DNA of 64,000 bases from Eremomyces bilateralis CBS 781.70 (taxonomy: Eukaryota). The notes below the pieces were generated by a model. The model was not told the origin of the DNA, did no database searches, and saw nothing but the letters and a program-made list of their open reading frames with translations. Location: assembly GCA_010015585.1 (NCBI GenBank), contig ML975166.1; one strand, given 5' to 3'. Shown piece by piece: positions 12,969-24,703 of this stretch; the stretch's first letter is position 1; each line of letters begins with the position of its first letter. The translations under genes and the position numbers were made by a program.

Positions 12969-14478
12969 ATGGCCGCCGAAACGTTGACGACAATATCTCC
13001 AATTACGAACAAGCCCATCATTACCCGTACCGGAGTAACCAATGATGAACTATCGGCCATCGTAGATCGTTCCCAAAAAGCCTTCGAGAGCTTCCGGAAT
13101 ACCAGTCTCGAACATCGTCAGACCATCGTGAAGAAAGCGCTATCGTTGCTGAATGACAAGCAAGATGAGCTGGCGAAGGAGCTCACGGAGCAGATGGGAA
13201 GACCAATTGCATATACAGCCAAAGAAATCACGACCGCTGTAGCACGTGCTCAATATCTGCTCAAGATATCTTCCGCTACTCTGACCGATACGCCGGGTGA
13301 GCCAGAGCCCGGTTTCAAGAGATTTATCAGAAAGCTCCCGGTTGGCCCAGTGCTGGTCCTTTTCGCGTGGAACGCGAGTCTTCCCTTCCCAGATTCAAAT
13401 CGAGGACTTATGCTAACGCGCCGAAGTATCCGTATCTAATACTCATCAATTCGATCATTCCCGCTCTCCTCGCCGGAAATACCGTCATCCTGAAGCCATC
13501 CCCCCAGACCCCGACGATCGTCGAGCACATCCAACAGGTCTTTTCCGAAGTGGGTTTGGACAAGGATGTGATTCAATATTTCCACAGTGGGAACTTCCAC
13601 CAGATCGAAGAAGTTATACAGAACCCTAAGATGCAGCTGGTGTGCTTCACCGGCTCCGTTGCTGGTGGGCTCGCGGTCCAAAAAGCCGCCAGTGATCGCA
13701 TCGATGTCCGGGTTGGCCTGGAACTCGGCGGTAAAGATCCAGCATACATTCGTGACGACGTGGATGTCAAGTGGGCCGCGGAGGAGATCGTTGATGGTTC
13801 GGTATTTAATTCTGGCCAGAGTTGCTGCAGTATCGAGCGGGTCTACGTTCATGAGAGCGTTCACGATGCTTTCGTTGCGGCGGTCGTCGAGGTTCTCAAT
13901 GGATACAAGCTTGGAGATCCCTTTGACCAGTCCACGAACGTGGGACCGGTGATCTCCCAGAAGTCGGCGTCGGCGATTAAGGCACATATCAAGAATGCCA
14001 TGGATAAGGGCGCAAAGGACATGACTCCCTATCATCCTAACTTCGCTCTTCCCAACGAGGGTAACTTTGTTGTTCCGACTCTTCTGACGGGGGTGAGCCA
14101 TGAGATGGACGTCATGACCGAAGAGACGTTCGGTCCAGTCATCCCGGTTATGCGCGTATCCGGCGACGAAGAGGCTGTACGACTTATGAATGACAGCAAG
14201 TACGGACTTACTGCTAGCATATGGACTAAAGACGGTGTCGCTGCAGCGAAACTGTGCGATCGAGTAGACGCGGGTACGGTCTACGTCAACCGCTGCGATT
14301 TCCCTAGCCCGGTAAGCAGAGCATACGAACAACTATCTCCTGTATTTGGCTAACTGCATCCAAGGATCTCGCTTGGACGGGGTGGAAGCACTCTGGGAAG
14401 GGGCAGACGCTAAGCAAGTTCGGGTACGATCAGTTTGTGAAGCTGAAGAGCTACCACATCAAAGACTACCCGTTGTGA
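12969..14478 (+). CDS. NAD(P)-dependent aldehyde dehydrogenase
   Basis: AWN|YP, LKPS, FTGS, LELGGKDP, FNSGQSCC, EETFGP, YGLTAS motifs. Introns 13374-13426 (GC..AAG) and 14312-14364 (GT..AAG); TGA at 14476-14478. Confidence 0.93.
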
Positions 14479-15898
14479 GCGACATTGGGTCATACCGTGT
14501 ACGCGTCGATGCGACGAGATGCAAGGACGAGGTTTTGCTTATTCGGTCACACGGTGCACTGGTGATCGTTGTCCTCGTACCTTCGTAGGGCAGTCTCACC
14601 ACCGTTGGAATGGATCGCTGTGTAAGTGTAACACGGACTCGCTGCCAAACGATCTGCGTGTATCCGGGCAACACATCTTCAACGACGATATCACTCTCTA
14701 GCGGTAAGTAGCAGAATCATGGAATCGCAGAACCATGGCATCACAGAAACATCCGAATTGGAGCGTTTGTTTTTCCTCTCTCGACTTTCGACGGATTGCG
14801 TTTGGTACTTCGGCTCTGCGGAGGGGGTGGTAGAGTTGCTGTCCCACCATATCTCGTTTCAGGTGGGCTTCCACAAGGAATGTAGGAATAGATCCCATAA
14901 ACGCAAGGAACAATAGTATAACTTGAATTTCTGACTATTACTACGGAGTCTCAATTCTCTTGATCAGTATGGCCAAATATAGAATTCATTCTCAGCGGTG
15001 GTTTATAAATGCAGGCATCGCTTCTATACTGGTTATCTTCTTTTATCTACACCTGTACCATTAGTCGTTCTTTTCAGATTGCTGCTTCAAGTTCTGCTCT
15101 TACGTTTTTCTGCGATATCCCTCTCGCTTTCGGTTGCAATTCTATTTCGCTCTCGGTTTTTCTCTACATTATGTATTGGGCCACGGTGAAACGATCCATG
15201 AAGCATTGGATATCACGACTAGTTTGTTGTGATAGAGACGATAGCCAGCCTTTAGAGATTGTTCGTGGTGGTTTTGCCCCTATCCAAGAAGTTGTCATGA
15301 CTAACGAAGCAGCAGGGTCGGCCATTTAACTTTCGGAAGGAGGAAATTCGGATCGAGGAGCTCACCGAAGAAGAGTGCGTCTATCCTGCACAGATATGAC
15401 ACGAATGAAACAGAGTGCTGATACACACTAGGCAAACATTCTGGCGTGAGAAAGCGGCGGTGGATGCCTCCTTGATGTTTGCTAACAGGACATCGTCGCC
15501 ACGGACAAACATCCCTCCGCAATCGCACTCGAAGCTGGATCGAGTTCGACGATTAAGCTCGAGGTTCTGCGGGTATCGCCCTGTCAGTCGTGAATACAGA
15601 GAACCGATTGGGCTCGGTACATGCCGGATGGAGAAGGGCTTTGAAGAAGGATTGAAGATCCGATTCTCGGGGTCAGGGGACTCCATCACCTTGGCGGAGC
15701 TAGAGACGCCCACCGGAATTCGTGTGATGTAAATTGGCGAATATACACTGTGCACTTATTAATATGATGCCGCTCGTCAGCATAGAACGGAATAGCAGGA
15801 TCAGGGAAGCGAGATAATCAAATTACAAACGACAGGTCATAAGTTGAAGGGTCATCGTGATGGTAGCAAAAACAAACGGAGACGGATTCATTCCACCG

Positions 15899-17184
15899 CT
15901 AGGACGGTTTAATTAGGAGCAACAAGAGAGCCATGACCATGGCTCCTGCAGCTGCGCTCTCAATCGCAAGCACCGTCTGATCCACTTTTTTCATAGGAAC
16001 GGTTCGGTCGCTAAACAAGTCCTTGGTGGTGTTCTGCAACCGGACTGCAACCGGGTGTTGGGCGAATATGGCGAGGCCTGAGGCGAGACCGGGCTCATCG
16101 CTTGTCTGCTCTAGCGCTTCGACCGGCAGCTCATCGAGGACCTGCTCGATGCCAGCGATATCAGGGGCGGACACGGCGTTCGGTGTTTCCACGCTATCGG
16201 ATGCTGTGGTCTCGACGGTCGCCGAAACCTCTTCGGCCCCGGTTGCAGTATTGGATAGCTGTATTTCGGTCTGCTCTGCGAGCGCAGCTTTGATTTCCCT
16301 GACCAGCCTTCTCCTCCTCCGCGGTTCAATGATAGCCACGTTGGAGAGCAATAGGGCGATATTGAGTCCCATCAACCCAATCGTGACCCAAGTGCTGTTT
16401 CGACGGATCGTATCGCTCCATATCTGTTCTTCGTGATATTGCTGCCTCTCCTTCTTCTCCAGTCTTGTACGCACTTCTTCCAAGCCTCTCTCCGCTCCGG
16501 CGAGACCGTCCTTCGCTGTCTGGATCGCCTGTTCGTTGACATGCTCGGACCGTATCAGGGACATGTATCGTTCGAGATCGCCGGCAGACCATGAATGCTT
16601 CCGCTCTAGAAGTCCGACGACTTCTTTTTGGGAGGAAGCTTGTTGTATATGGGCTTTATCGACAGACTCCTTGGCGGTTCGGACGTCGTTTAATCGGTCT
16701 TTGACCATGGCCTCTACGAAAGATTTAGCATAGGTCCACCGGGCATGGCATACAACGTACCAGAAGCTTTTATATCCCGTCTCAATGCCTCGATTCCGGA
16801 ATAGTCCGTTCCAGTATATGTATTCATACGCTGCGTGTACAGAACCAGCTTCGCCTGCAGGTCGTCCATGATCTGCGAAAAGTGTTTGGAAGTCCCCCAT
16901 CGCTGCTCCTCCCGTTCTGAAGGGAGCGGCTCTGTTGACTCCGGTGGTATTTTCGAGGGCCGTTTCTCGGTTTCGGAGGCGGTCGAGTAGAACCGTGTCT
17001 TATTGAGATACGACAAGCGGGCAGCTATCGGTTGATGGGGTGCTCGCTCCGCCGGCGATATTGTTCGGGCGCGACATTGTGTGCATATCAGCCCGGCGGT
17101 TGGGCGACTTGTCGCTGATCCAAGAAGCTTGGTAAGAGCATTTGCTCGTTCGGATATGGATGTCCTAAAGATCGATGCGCGCAT
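15899..17184 (-). CDS. SHE9: Mitochondrial inner-membrane protein She9/Mdm33
   Basis: Presequence-like N-terminus; N.YTGTDYSGIEALR, SQKEVVGLLERKHSWS.DLERYMSLIRSEH, YHEEQIWSDTIRRNSTWVT; intron 16714-16760. Confidence 0.93.
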
Positions 17185-17605
17185 CTCGAGAGGAAGTGTG
17201 GAGGGAGCTCATGAAATGGGATAGAAGAACGCTCAAAAACCCGCCATTCGCTGAGTGACACACGTTTTTGTTGCTAGCACGAAAGCTTTCTCATTCTATC
17301 ATCTGCAAATCTCTACTGTGTTAGAAGCATAAGAAAGACAGCACGAGTAATTTGCGGAAGCTGTATTGCGGAACTGGTCTCCAAACGATAACATAAATTT
17401 ATGGAGACCGGGATTGCGTTCTCGGACACGGCGAAACAGAAGGCGAAAGCAGATGCGAAGATCTTTACTCCTTATCGTGGCGTATTTAAGACTTAAGTCC
17501 TTCGCGTTCACTACAGTCCTTACCAAAGTTTCATTCCGGGCTTCCTATTGTCCTTCTTAAACAATAGAGTTGACATATTCGTTCCTACGATCCATCTTTG
17601 CCAAA

Positions 17606-18756
17606 ATGAGTGTTAACGGGGCGGCGCCTTTGCCGGCCATGGCGACGAATCCCAAGTTTATCTTCTTTACGGATTTTGATGGCACGGTTACTTTGTCAGA
17701 CAGTAATTCTCACTTTCATATTCTTTAGATTTGAAGCGTTCACAACGCGGCTTGAACCGACGGTGAAGGAAGATGCTGACCACAGTTTTCATTTCCTGTA
17801 GGCAATGATTATATAGTTAGTCTCCTCTCGACCGTGAATAGAGCCCATTCTTACCAATAGTCTAGACGGACAATCTTGGGTTTGGACACAGCAAAAGGCG
17901 GCAGTTGAATTTCGATGTCTTGGAGGACAAGATGCCCTTCAGGTACGTCCCGTCCGTCCCATCGCGAACTTAATCGATAACACAAAGATAGGGACTCCTT
18001 TAAGCAGATGATGGATAGCATCACGACCTCATTCCCTGAGTGCATGGAAACGCTCAGGAAAAACATCAAGCTCGATCCTCACTTCAAGGATTTCTTGGAT
18101 TGGTCGATCTCTGCCAACGTCCCCATTGTCGTGCTCTCAGGGGGGATGGAGCCGGTTATCCGTGCCCTCTTCGAAGAGCTCGTTGGGAAGGATGCCGAGA
18201 GGATCCAGATCGTGAGCAACGATGTCGCTGCCCGCCCTGGAAAATCGATTGATCAAGTGGGAGGGTGGGAAATCCAGTTCCTCCACCCGGAGAGGTAAGT
18301 TCACTTCAGCGTGAGTCGATGGCGAGGCTGACCAGGAGTAGTGGGTTTGGACATGACAAATCAGTCGAAATCAGAAAGTATTCCACTCTTCCCGAGAGAC
18401 CGGTTCTCTTCTATGCAGGGGATGGAGTGTCTGATCTATCAGCGGCGAGAGAAACCGATCTGCTCTTTGCGAAGAAGGGACATGGTAGGACCCCAGTGTA
18501 ATGACGAAAGGTGGATGGCCTGCTAATGGTATTTTTCAGATCTCGTGAATTACTGCGTGAGAGAGGATGTCCCGTTCACCATCTTCCAAGACTGGAGTGC
18601 GATCCTCGAAGGCTGCAAAGAAATTGCGTAAGTAATCATAGCCCCAATAGTCAAATAGTTCCCACTAAAAATCTACATAGGGAAGGGAGGATCACAGTCA
18701 AAGAAGCGGCTCAGAGAGGGTTTGAGCAGTACAAGAAGGATAAGGCTGGTGCTTAG
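17606..18756 (+). CDS. HAD-superfamily phosphatase (YNL010W/Pyp1-, Ptf1-like), 7 exons
   Basis: FTDFDGTVT..DSNDY..DNLGFG, VVLSGG, FGHDKS, YAGDGVSDLSAA motifs; six GT-AG introns, including a 14-nt microexon at 17802-17815. Confidence 0.88.
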
Positions 18757-19383
18757 TAGAGTCAATACTATTTCACTACTATCAGAGGCTCTATATGTTT
18801 ATGTTGTTGGTAACGCTGGGCAGCGTCTGACAAAGTGGTACAAGACTAGAGCTCAGAATAGATGATGATAGAAAGGCCATAGACAATAGATGGGTAGCTT
18901 TCACGTGCGCCTCTGCTAGTGCCATTTTTGGAGTTAAGTGTAGCGGCATGTTCATAAGGCGGATGGAAGATGGTCTCAAGTATTTTGCTAGACGTTCGGA
19001 GTCTGACGTGAAGTATCATGTGCCATTCCGGTAGCCATTCTAAACTTAACGGAAATATGATATCTCGATCATCATCTGAGTCTTATGCTCTATGATGCCA
19101 TATCCCTCTCCGCTACTGCCCCGGCTTTTAACCAATGGTCTTCAGAATGGCTTCATGAGTGCTGTCTCCCCTATAACTGCAGTGACAGCAACCGCCATGA
19201 ACACCGAGACTACTCTATGACCCGCTGAAAAGCCTACTCCATCCGTCAACTAAGTTTCCATTGTATCTCCAGATACATCTCCAAGCCGAACCTGATCGCT
19301 TCACTCAAGGGCTCGAAAGCTTCGGTCAGAGAATTCAAGCACTTGGGGCTCTTGCTCCCGCCCAACGCAATGACTGCAAAGTC

Positions 19384-20175
19384 TCAGGCCGCCCCATAGT
19401 AGGGTTCATCGTAGGGTTCATCATAAGGTTCATCACAAGGTTCATCATAGGGTTCATCATATTCATAGGGTTCATCGTACGGTTCATCTACCGGCCCATC
19501 GTACAGTTCATTTACCAGCCCATCGTACAGTTCATCTACCAGCCCATCGTACGGTTCATAGATCGGCCCATCGAACGGTTCATCGACCGGCCCATCGAAC
19601 GTCCCATAGAACGGCCCATCAAACGGTTCCTCGAACGGGTCATAGGACGGCCCATCGGACGGTTCGGTGCTCCCAGCCTCGTCTAATGCTTTGTTGGCAA
19701 GATCATCAGCGTCAACGATTAGCCGGCGGGGCTGCTGAAAGAGATCGTATGAGATGCCGCGGTCTGCTAAAGATTCAAAATCCTCGTGTAGTCCTTTGAG
19801 CGCCGCGAAGTGTTTAACCAGATTTCCCTGCACCGTCAATCCACCATTGGTAGCCCAGTGGTCCATGTAAGAATTTATAGATTTGACCAGGTAGTCCGAA
19901 TCAGACACAAATATGACTCGGTCAATGGAGGGGTCAGCCTTCGCGATGTCACTAACGAGCTCCCGGGCTTGGACCAAAGCCTCGATTTCTGCACGAGAGC
20001 TGGTTAGTGGAATGGTCGGAGGGATGACATCGCAGGTATTGTAACTGGACCCGGGACCGAAGTAGATTCCATAGGCTGCTTGAGCACCTAGCTTGCCATT
20101 GTTCCGACAAGCGCCGTCAATATGCACAACTATGCTGGGCTTGTCCGTTCGCGGAGGGGGATCCCGAGAGGACAT
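19384..20175 (-). CDS. Ribonuclease H (RNase HI-like) domain protein with an acidic tandem-repeat C-terminus
   Basis: HIDGACRNNG, AAYGIYFG, SRAEIEAL, SDSDYLV, ADDLA supply the D-E-D-D acidic residues. First ATG at 20175; the frame stays open further upstream, so the start is uncertain. Confidence 0.8.
   Translation of the reverse strand: MSSRDPPPRTDKPSIVVHIDGACRNNGKLGAQAAYGIYFGPGSSYNTCDVIPPTIPLTSSRAEIEALVQARELVSDIAKADPSIDRVIFVSDSDYLVKSINSYMDHWATNGGLTVQGNLVKHFAALKGLHEDFESLADRGISYDLFQQPRRLIVDADDLANKALDEAGSTEPSDGPSYDPFEEPFDGPFYGTFDGPVDEPFDGPIYEPYDGLVDELYDGLVNELYDGPVDEPYDEPYEYDEPYDEPCDEPYDEPYDEPYYGAA
19397..19672 (-). repeat. Coding minisatellite, 12-bp unit, about 23 copies encoding (Y/F/V)-D-(E/G)-P
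   Basis: The plus strand shows repeated gggttcatcgta/cggcccatcgaa units; the translation contains FDGP-VDEP, YDGL-VDEL and YDEP runs. Confidence 0.92.
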
Positions 20176-21056
20176 CCCTTGCTTCTCCCTGTCTGGGTAT
20201 GACACTGCTTGATACACGCCCGCACCAGGAAACGAGGAGGCAGAGTGAAAGTGAAGAATCAGAGACTTGACGGTTTCCCGGGTGTTATGAAAAGACTAGA
20301 ATGGAAAGCGTGATAAGCCTTGCTGGTTGGGACAGATAAAGGTCGGGCTGAACAGACAGTGAGACGTTTAGCTTCAGGCTTGACTTTATATTCAGTATGG
20401 AGAGATTCTAAAGCACTCTTAGATGGCGAACTGCACAGATGACGGGAGATAAACAAACAGCGAGAAGACGCGGAAGCGACGGGGCAGAAATGGAAAGAGC
20501 AACCTGAAGAAACACCTGTACGCCGGCAGTGGCCACCAGTTCCCTACATCACTCACTACCTGGACATATCAACCTGATCTAATTATAGGATATATGTAGG
20601 CGCTTTAGTTACGTGCATTGCAGTATTGTATTGACTAAAAAGTGACAAACTGACGATGAATTCGAAATGACGGGTCGACAAATTGACGAGCACAGTAACG
20701 TCACTACGCTATCGCATACGAGGTGTTTCCGTCCCTCCACCGACAACCATTGCTATCGTCGCGGAGACGCTGACATGGCGACGCATCTAGAGAAGACAGA
20801 TCCATGTTTGGATGAAGTTGAAAACATTCAAAGCGGAGTCGAAAAGGAGTCGAATGTTCGTGACGTCTGCAACAAGGGACATCCTTGCCACTTCAAATTT
20901 CCAAACCGCGGAGCGCGTTTAGCTCTGACGCGCTTTTTGACATCCGACCATTTTCCAAATGACTCCTTGGACAAGTCAATTCCCAACAATAGACGGTACA
21001 ATCCATTGTTCGAAGATCCCCAGTTTCCCGCATCTCCATTCCTAAGTCCAATCGAT

Positions 21057-22197
21057 ATGTCGACCGATGTCGTTCGCAAGCGCGGGCGTCCACGCAAAAA
21101 TCCCATCGACCCCCCCTCCGCCACTCCAGAGCAACCCGCCAATCCGGATCAGATACCCGTACCGGTAACCACAAAGCGCAAAGCCTCGACGGCGGCAAGC
21201 AAGGCGACGTCAAGCAAGACAGCATCAAGCAAAACGGTATCCGGCAAGACGGCATCAAGCAAAACGGCATCAAGCAAGACGCCATCAGACAAGACGACGT
21301 CAAGCAAGACCACTCCAAGCAAGACAGCATCAAAGTCCACGACGCCCAAGTCCCCGAAAGCAACCAAATCTTCCAAGACCGCGCCCCAGGTACCCGAGTC
21401 ACAGGCTGCGACCGAATCGCCAATCCTCCAGCAAGTGGCAGCCAAGGAGGCCGCTCGAACCAGCAAGGCCAAAATATCGAATGACGAGAAGCCGAAGAGC
21501 AAGGGGACGGAAATCCCACCGGAAGATATCAAGGAGTCGACAATAGCCCCTGCAAAACATACCACCTCACCACCGAAACCGGACGTCCAACCGCTCTCGC
21601 AATCCACGAAGTCCGTCCCTAACAGCGTGGAATCTCCACAGCAGCCATCGACATCGTCTGTATCGGCCAATACCTCCGCCTCGACATCAGCTCCGCAGGT
21701 CATGAAATCGCCTCCCCTCCCCACCTCACGACCTTTAAATCCGGTATCCTCCCCATTCACCTCGAAATACGCCCCCCCCGCGGCCCCCTCCCCCCCTCTG
21801 AAGCCCTCATTCGGCGACCGCTTCTTCGGCCGGCCCCCGCCCGGGTCACCCAAGCAGCCGATAAATGCCGAGAAGTTAAAGAGAGCAAAGCGAAGGTACG
21901 AGGCCGAGGCCGAGATCTCGTCGACGAGGCGAATGCCGTGGGCTAATTTATAAATAGGGTCCTGATGATGTATATCGCCATCCCGGTGTTTATCGCGACG
22001 ACGCCGATCATGTATAAACGCGGTGAGTAGGGAACCCAGATTACACGTTCTTCGTGTGATGGGACGAAACCATGCTGATTTCTGCCGCCATAGTGATCTT
22101 GAAGGAGGAACCCAGGACGGTTGGCGAACGACCGTTTGAGATCGTGAAGCACCCCGAAATGGAACGGGAGGCGGAAAAGGGAACGCGGTTGGAGTAG
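21057..22197 (+). CDS. Hypothetical protein: N-terminal AT-hook, basic K/T/S repeats, Pro-rich linker, one C-terminal hydrophobic helix
   Basis: MSTDVVRKRGRPRK; introns 21896-21957 and 22023-22093 give RRVLMMYIAIPVFIATTPIMYKRVILKEEP..; TAG at 22195-22197. Confidence 0.72.
21201..21332 (+). repeat. Coding 15-bp tandem repeat, about 9 copies (KTASS consensus)
   Basis: aagacggcatcaagc-like units in phase from 21201. Confidence 0.9.
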
Positions 22198-22807
22198 CCG
22201 AAAGCCTCGACGACGGTTTGGATACGAGACTTACGGGCACATGACTCGAGATGTTCATATGGCATGAGATGGAGCATCTGTACATAGATGATCAAAAGGG
22301 TAAAGCACTGTGTATAAACAATGGTGATCACGACTCATTATATTGTCAAACCAGAGGACCTTCGGAATCCACACGTGAAAAAGCCGGAATCGAAACCGTT
22401 GCATTTTGTCTATTTATTTTTATTCTCGCCTAAGACATCGACAGCTACATGAGTCACCGAAGTATACAAGCCAAACAACTCCGTTATGATCTTCTAGCCA
22501 ATTCCCTCGTACGAATCATACCCTCAAAGCTCGTGCGACTCGTATTGAGGCCGTTACCCGTCCCTTACCCGCATCAGAGGCTACAGCAGCAATCAGATTC
22601 ATCGACACATTCCAAGCTAACAGCACAACTTGTTGCATTTCTCTTCTGCAAATCTAAAACATTCAACATTCATACGTTAGCACAAACGCCCACAATCAAT
22701 CTTTGCGACGACCTTCGATCGAGATGGATGGTAGGAAGGATGCGACGGGCTGGACGTCCGGGTAGTGCTAGGCGGAGGCTAGCGGGGGCTCAATCGGGCG
22801 GGCGGGA

Positions 22808-24703
22808 TTAGTCGGTTTGCAACCCTAGATCTTTCGTCGCCACGACGATGCGTAGCGTGTTGGTGTGGCCCATGCCGCCGCGCCAGCCCTGGACACAGAC
22901 GACGGGGTCGCCTTCCTTGAGGACGCCGAGATTGATGGCGTTTTGGATGCCCCATTTCAGTCGCGCGTCGACGTCCTCTTGCCACGGGACTGTCTTGAAG
23001 TCGGGCTTGGGTTGGGGGAAGTAGAAGGGGTAGACCCCGCGGTAGAGATGCGAGTACTGTTCCGTGTTAGTGACGAGAAACGAGGGTGGAATCTAGGGGA
23101 TGCTTACTCGAGCTGCGCGCTCATTTCGGGTGACCATGATGATCGGGCAGACAGGTCGGTATTTGGAGACGAGACGAGCAGTGTTTCCGCTAGCTTTCGT
23201 GAGCAATCAATGTTAGAGTACGGGGAGCACATGGAATTACCTCGTAGACAAGACAAGAATGGCTCCTGCAACCTGTTCCAGACTCGCACTGACGGCGGCC
23301 ATCGCGCAGGTTTCCGTGGTGGGAATCGGGACCGGGGTGACGCGTCGGAACTCGTCGAATGCGCTGACGTACGGGATGGCCACTTCGGCCAGCAGGCAGG
23401 TCTCGTGCATGATGGACACGGCCTCTTTGGGGTAATTGCCCTTGGCCGTCTCCCCCGACAACATGACGCAATCCGCTCCGTCGAGAACAGCGTTGCCCAC
23501 ATCGGACACTTCGGCACGGGTGGGACGAGGGTTATAGGTCATGCTCTCCAGCATCTGCGTGGCGCAAATGACGGGCTTGCCAGCAAGATTGCACTTGGTG
23601 ATCATCATCTTCTGGGCAATGAACACCTGTGCAGGAGGGATCTCGATGCCAAGGTCACCACGCGCAACCATGACACCGTCGGTCTCCTTCAGGATCTCGT
23701 TGAAGTTGTTCACACCTTGCTGATTCTCGATCTTGGAGATGATCTGGATGTCCTTTCCTTCTTCACCGAGAACTTCGCGAATGGCCAGGACATCGGATGC
23801 CGAGCGAATGAAGGATGCAAAGACCATGTCGACTCCGTTCTCGACACCGAATCGGAGATCCTTCTTATCTTTCTCGGATAGAGGGGGGAGATCGACATCA
23901 GTCTTGGGAAGGTTGACACCCTTGCGCGACGAAATTTTGCCATTGTTCATGCAGCGGCACCGAAGGGTCTTATCGTCCACAATCTCGAGGACTTCAAAGG
24001 AGAGGACACCGTCGTCGACGTAAATGGTTCGACCCTTTTCGATGACCTTGGTGATGTTCTTGTAGTCAACATACCTTGGCGTCTCAATCAGCAGGAGCAT
24101 ATTGAGTTACGGACATCGACCACTTACATGACCTTGTTGTCGCTCTCGGTAGCGTATTGATCGTCCGTGCTCAAGAGGATCTCGTCATCGATGCTAATGG
24201 GGAAGTCCTCGTCGCCTTTCGTGTTTCCAGTACGGATCTCTGGTCCTTTCTGATCGGACGTCAGCATATGCATCGCAGTACCCTCACGGTAGCTCGTACC
24301 GTGTCCAGAGCGATGGCAACCGGACGACCGTCCATTTGGCGCTCGGCCTCTTTGGCATGGTCAATGACAGACTTATGGTACTGTGTACGTGGTTCGTTAG
24401 CCATGTTTATGACATCGCACGGAATCCTCGTTTCTCACCTCGTATGAGCCGTGGGAAAAGTTCATTCGGACAACATTCAGCCCTGCCTTTCGAAGCATGT
24501 TGATCTTCTCCACGGAGTTTGTCTTGGGACCTATCCGGGCATCAGCTCACCCCTCCATGAGGACGGAACATGTTCTTCTCACCGATGGTGCAGATAATCG
24601 AGGTACGCCGGTAGTTCTTGGGGGGTTGGTATTCGGTGTTGAGCTGAGACAGCCACTCGACACGAGTGCGTCCAGCATTCATATGGTCCAATGCGTTGGC
24701 CAT
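22808..24703 (-). CDS. pkiA: Pyruvate kinase
   Basis: [78 protein letters not shown]; six coding introns; TAA at 22808-22810. Confidence 0.97.

Noticed and set aside
14900..15760. Possible minus-strand gene or bZIP-like fragment (EKNRERNRIA)
   Set aside because: Multiple stops, no leucine zipper and no coherent exon chain.
19261..19686. Hydrophobic 141-aa plus-strand ORF (GFIV/RPIE repeats)
   Set aside because: Antisense shadow of the RNase H repeat tail.
19384..20217. RNase H as part of a retrotransposon
   Set aside because: No RT, integrase, gag, LTRs or TSD nearby.
20667..21056. N-terminal extension of the AT-hook ORF from ATG 20667
   Set aside because: Reads like promoter/UTR sequence; ATG 21057 directly precedes the AT-hook. 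The extension cannot be fully excluded.
22865..23881. Long antisense ORFs here and at 13436-14332, 21149-22285, 46565-47365 and 52613-53904
   Set aside because: Antisense or alternate-frame shadows of GC3-rich real genes.
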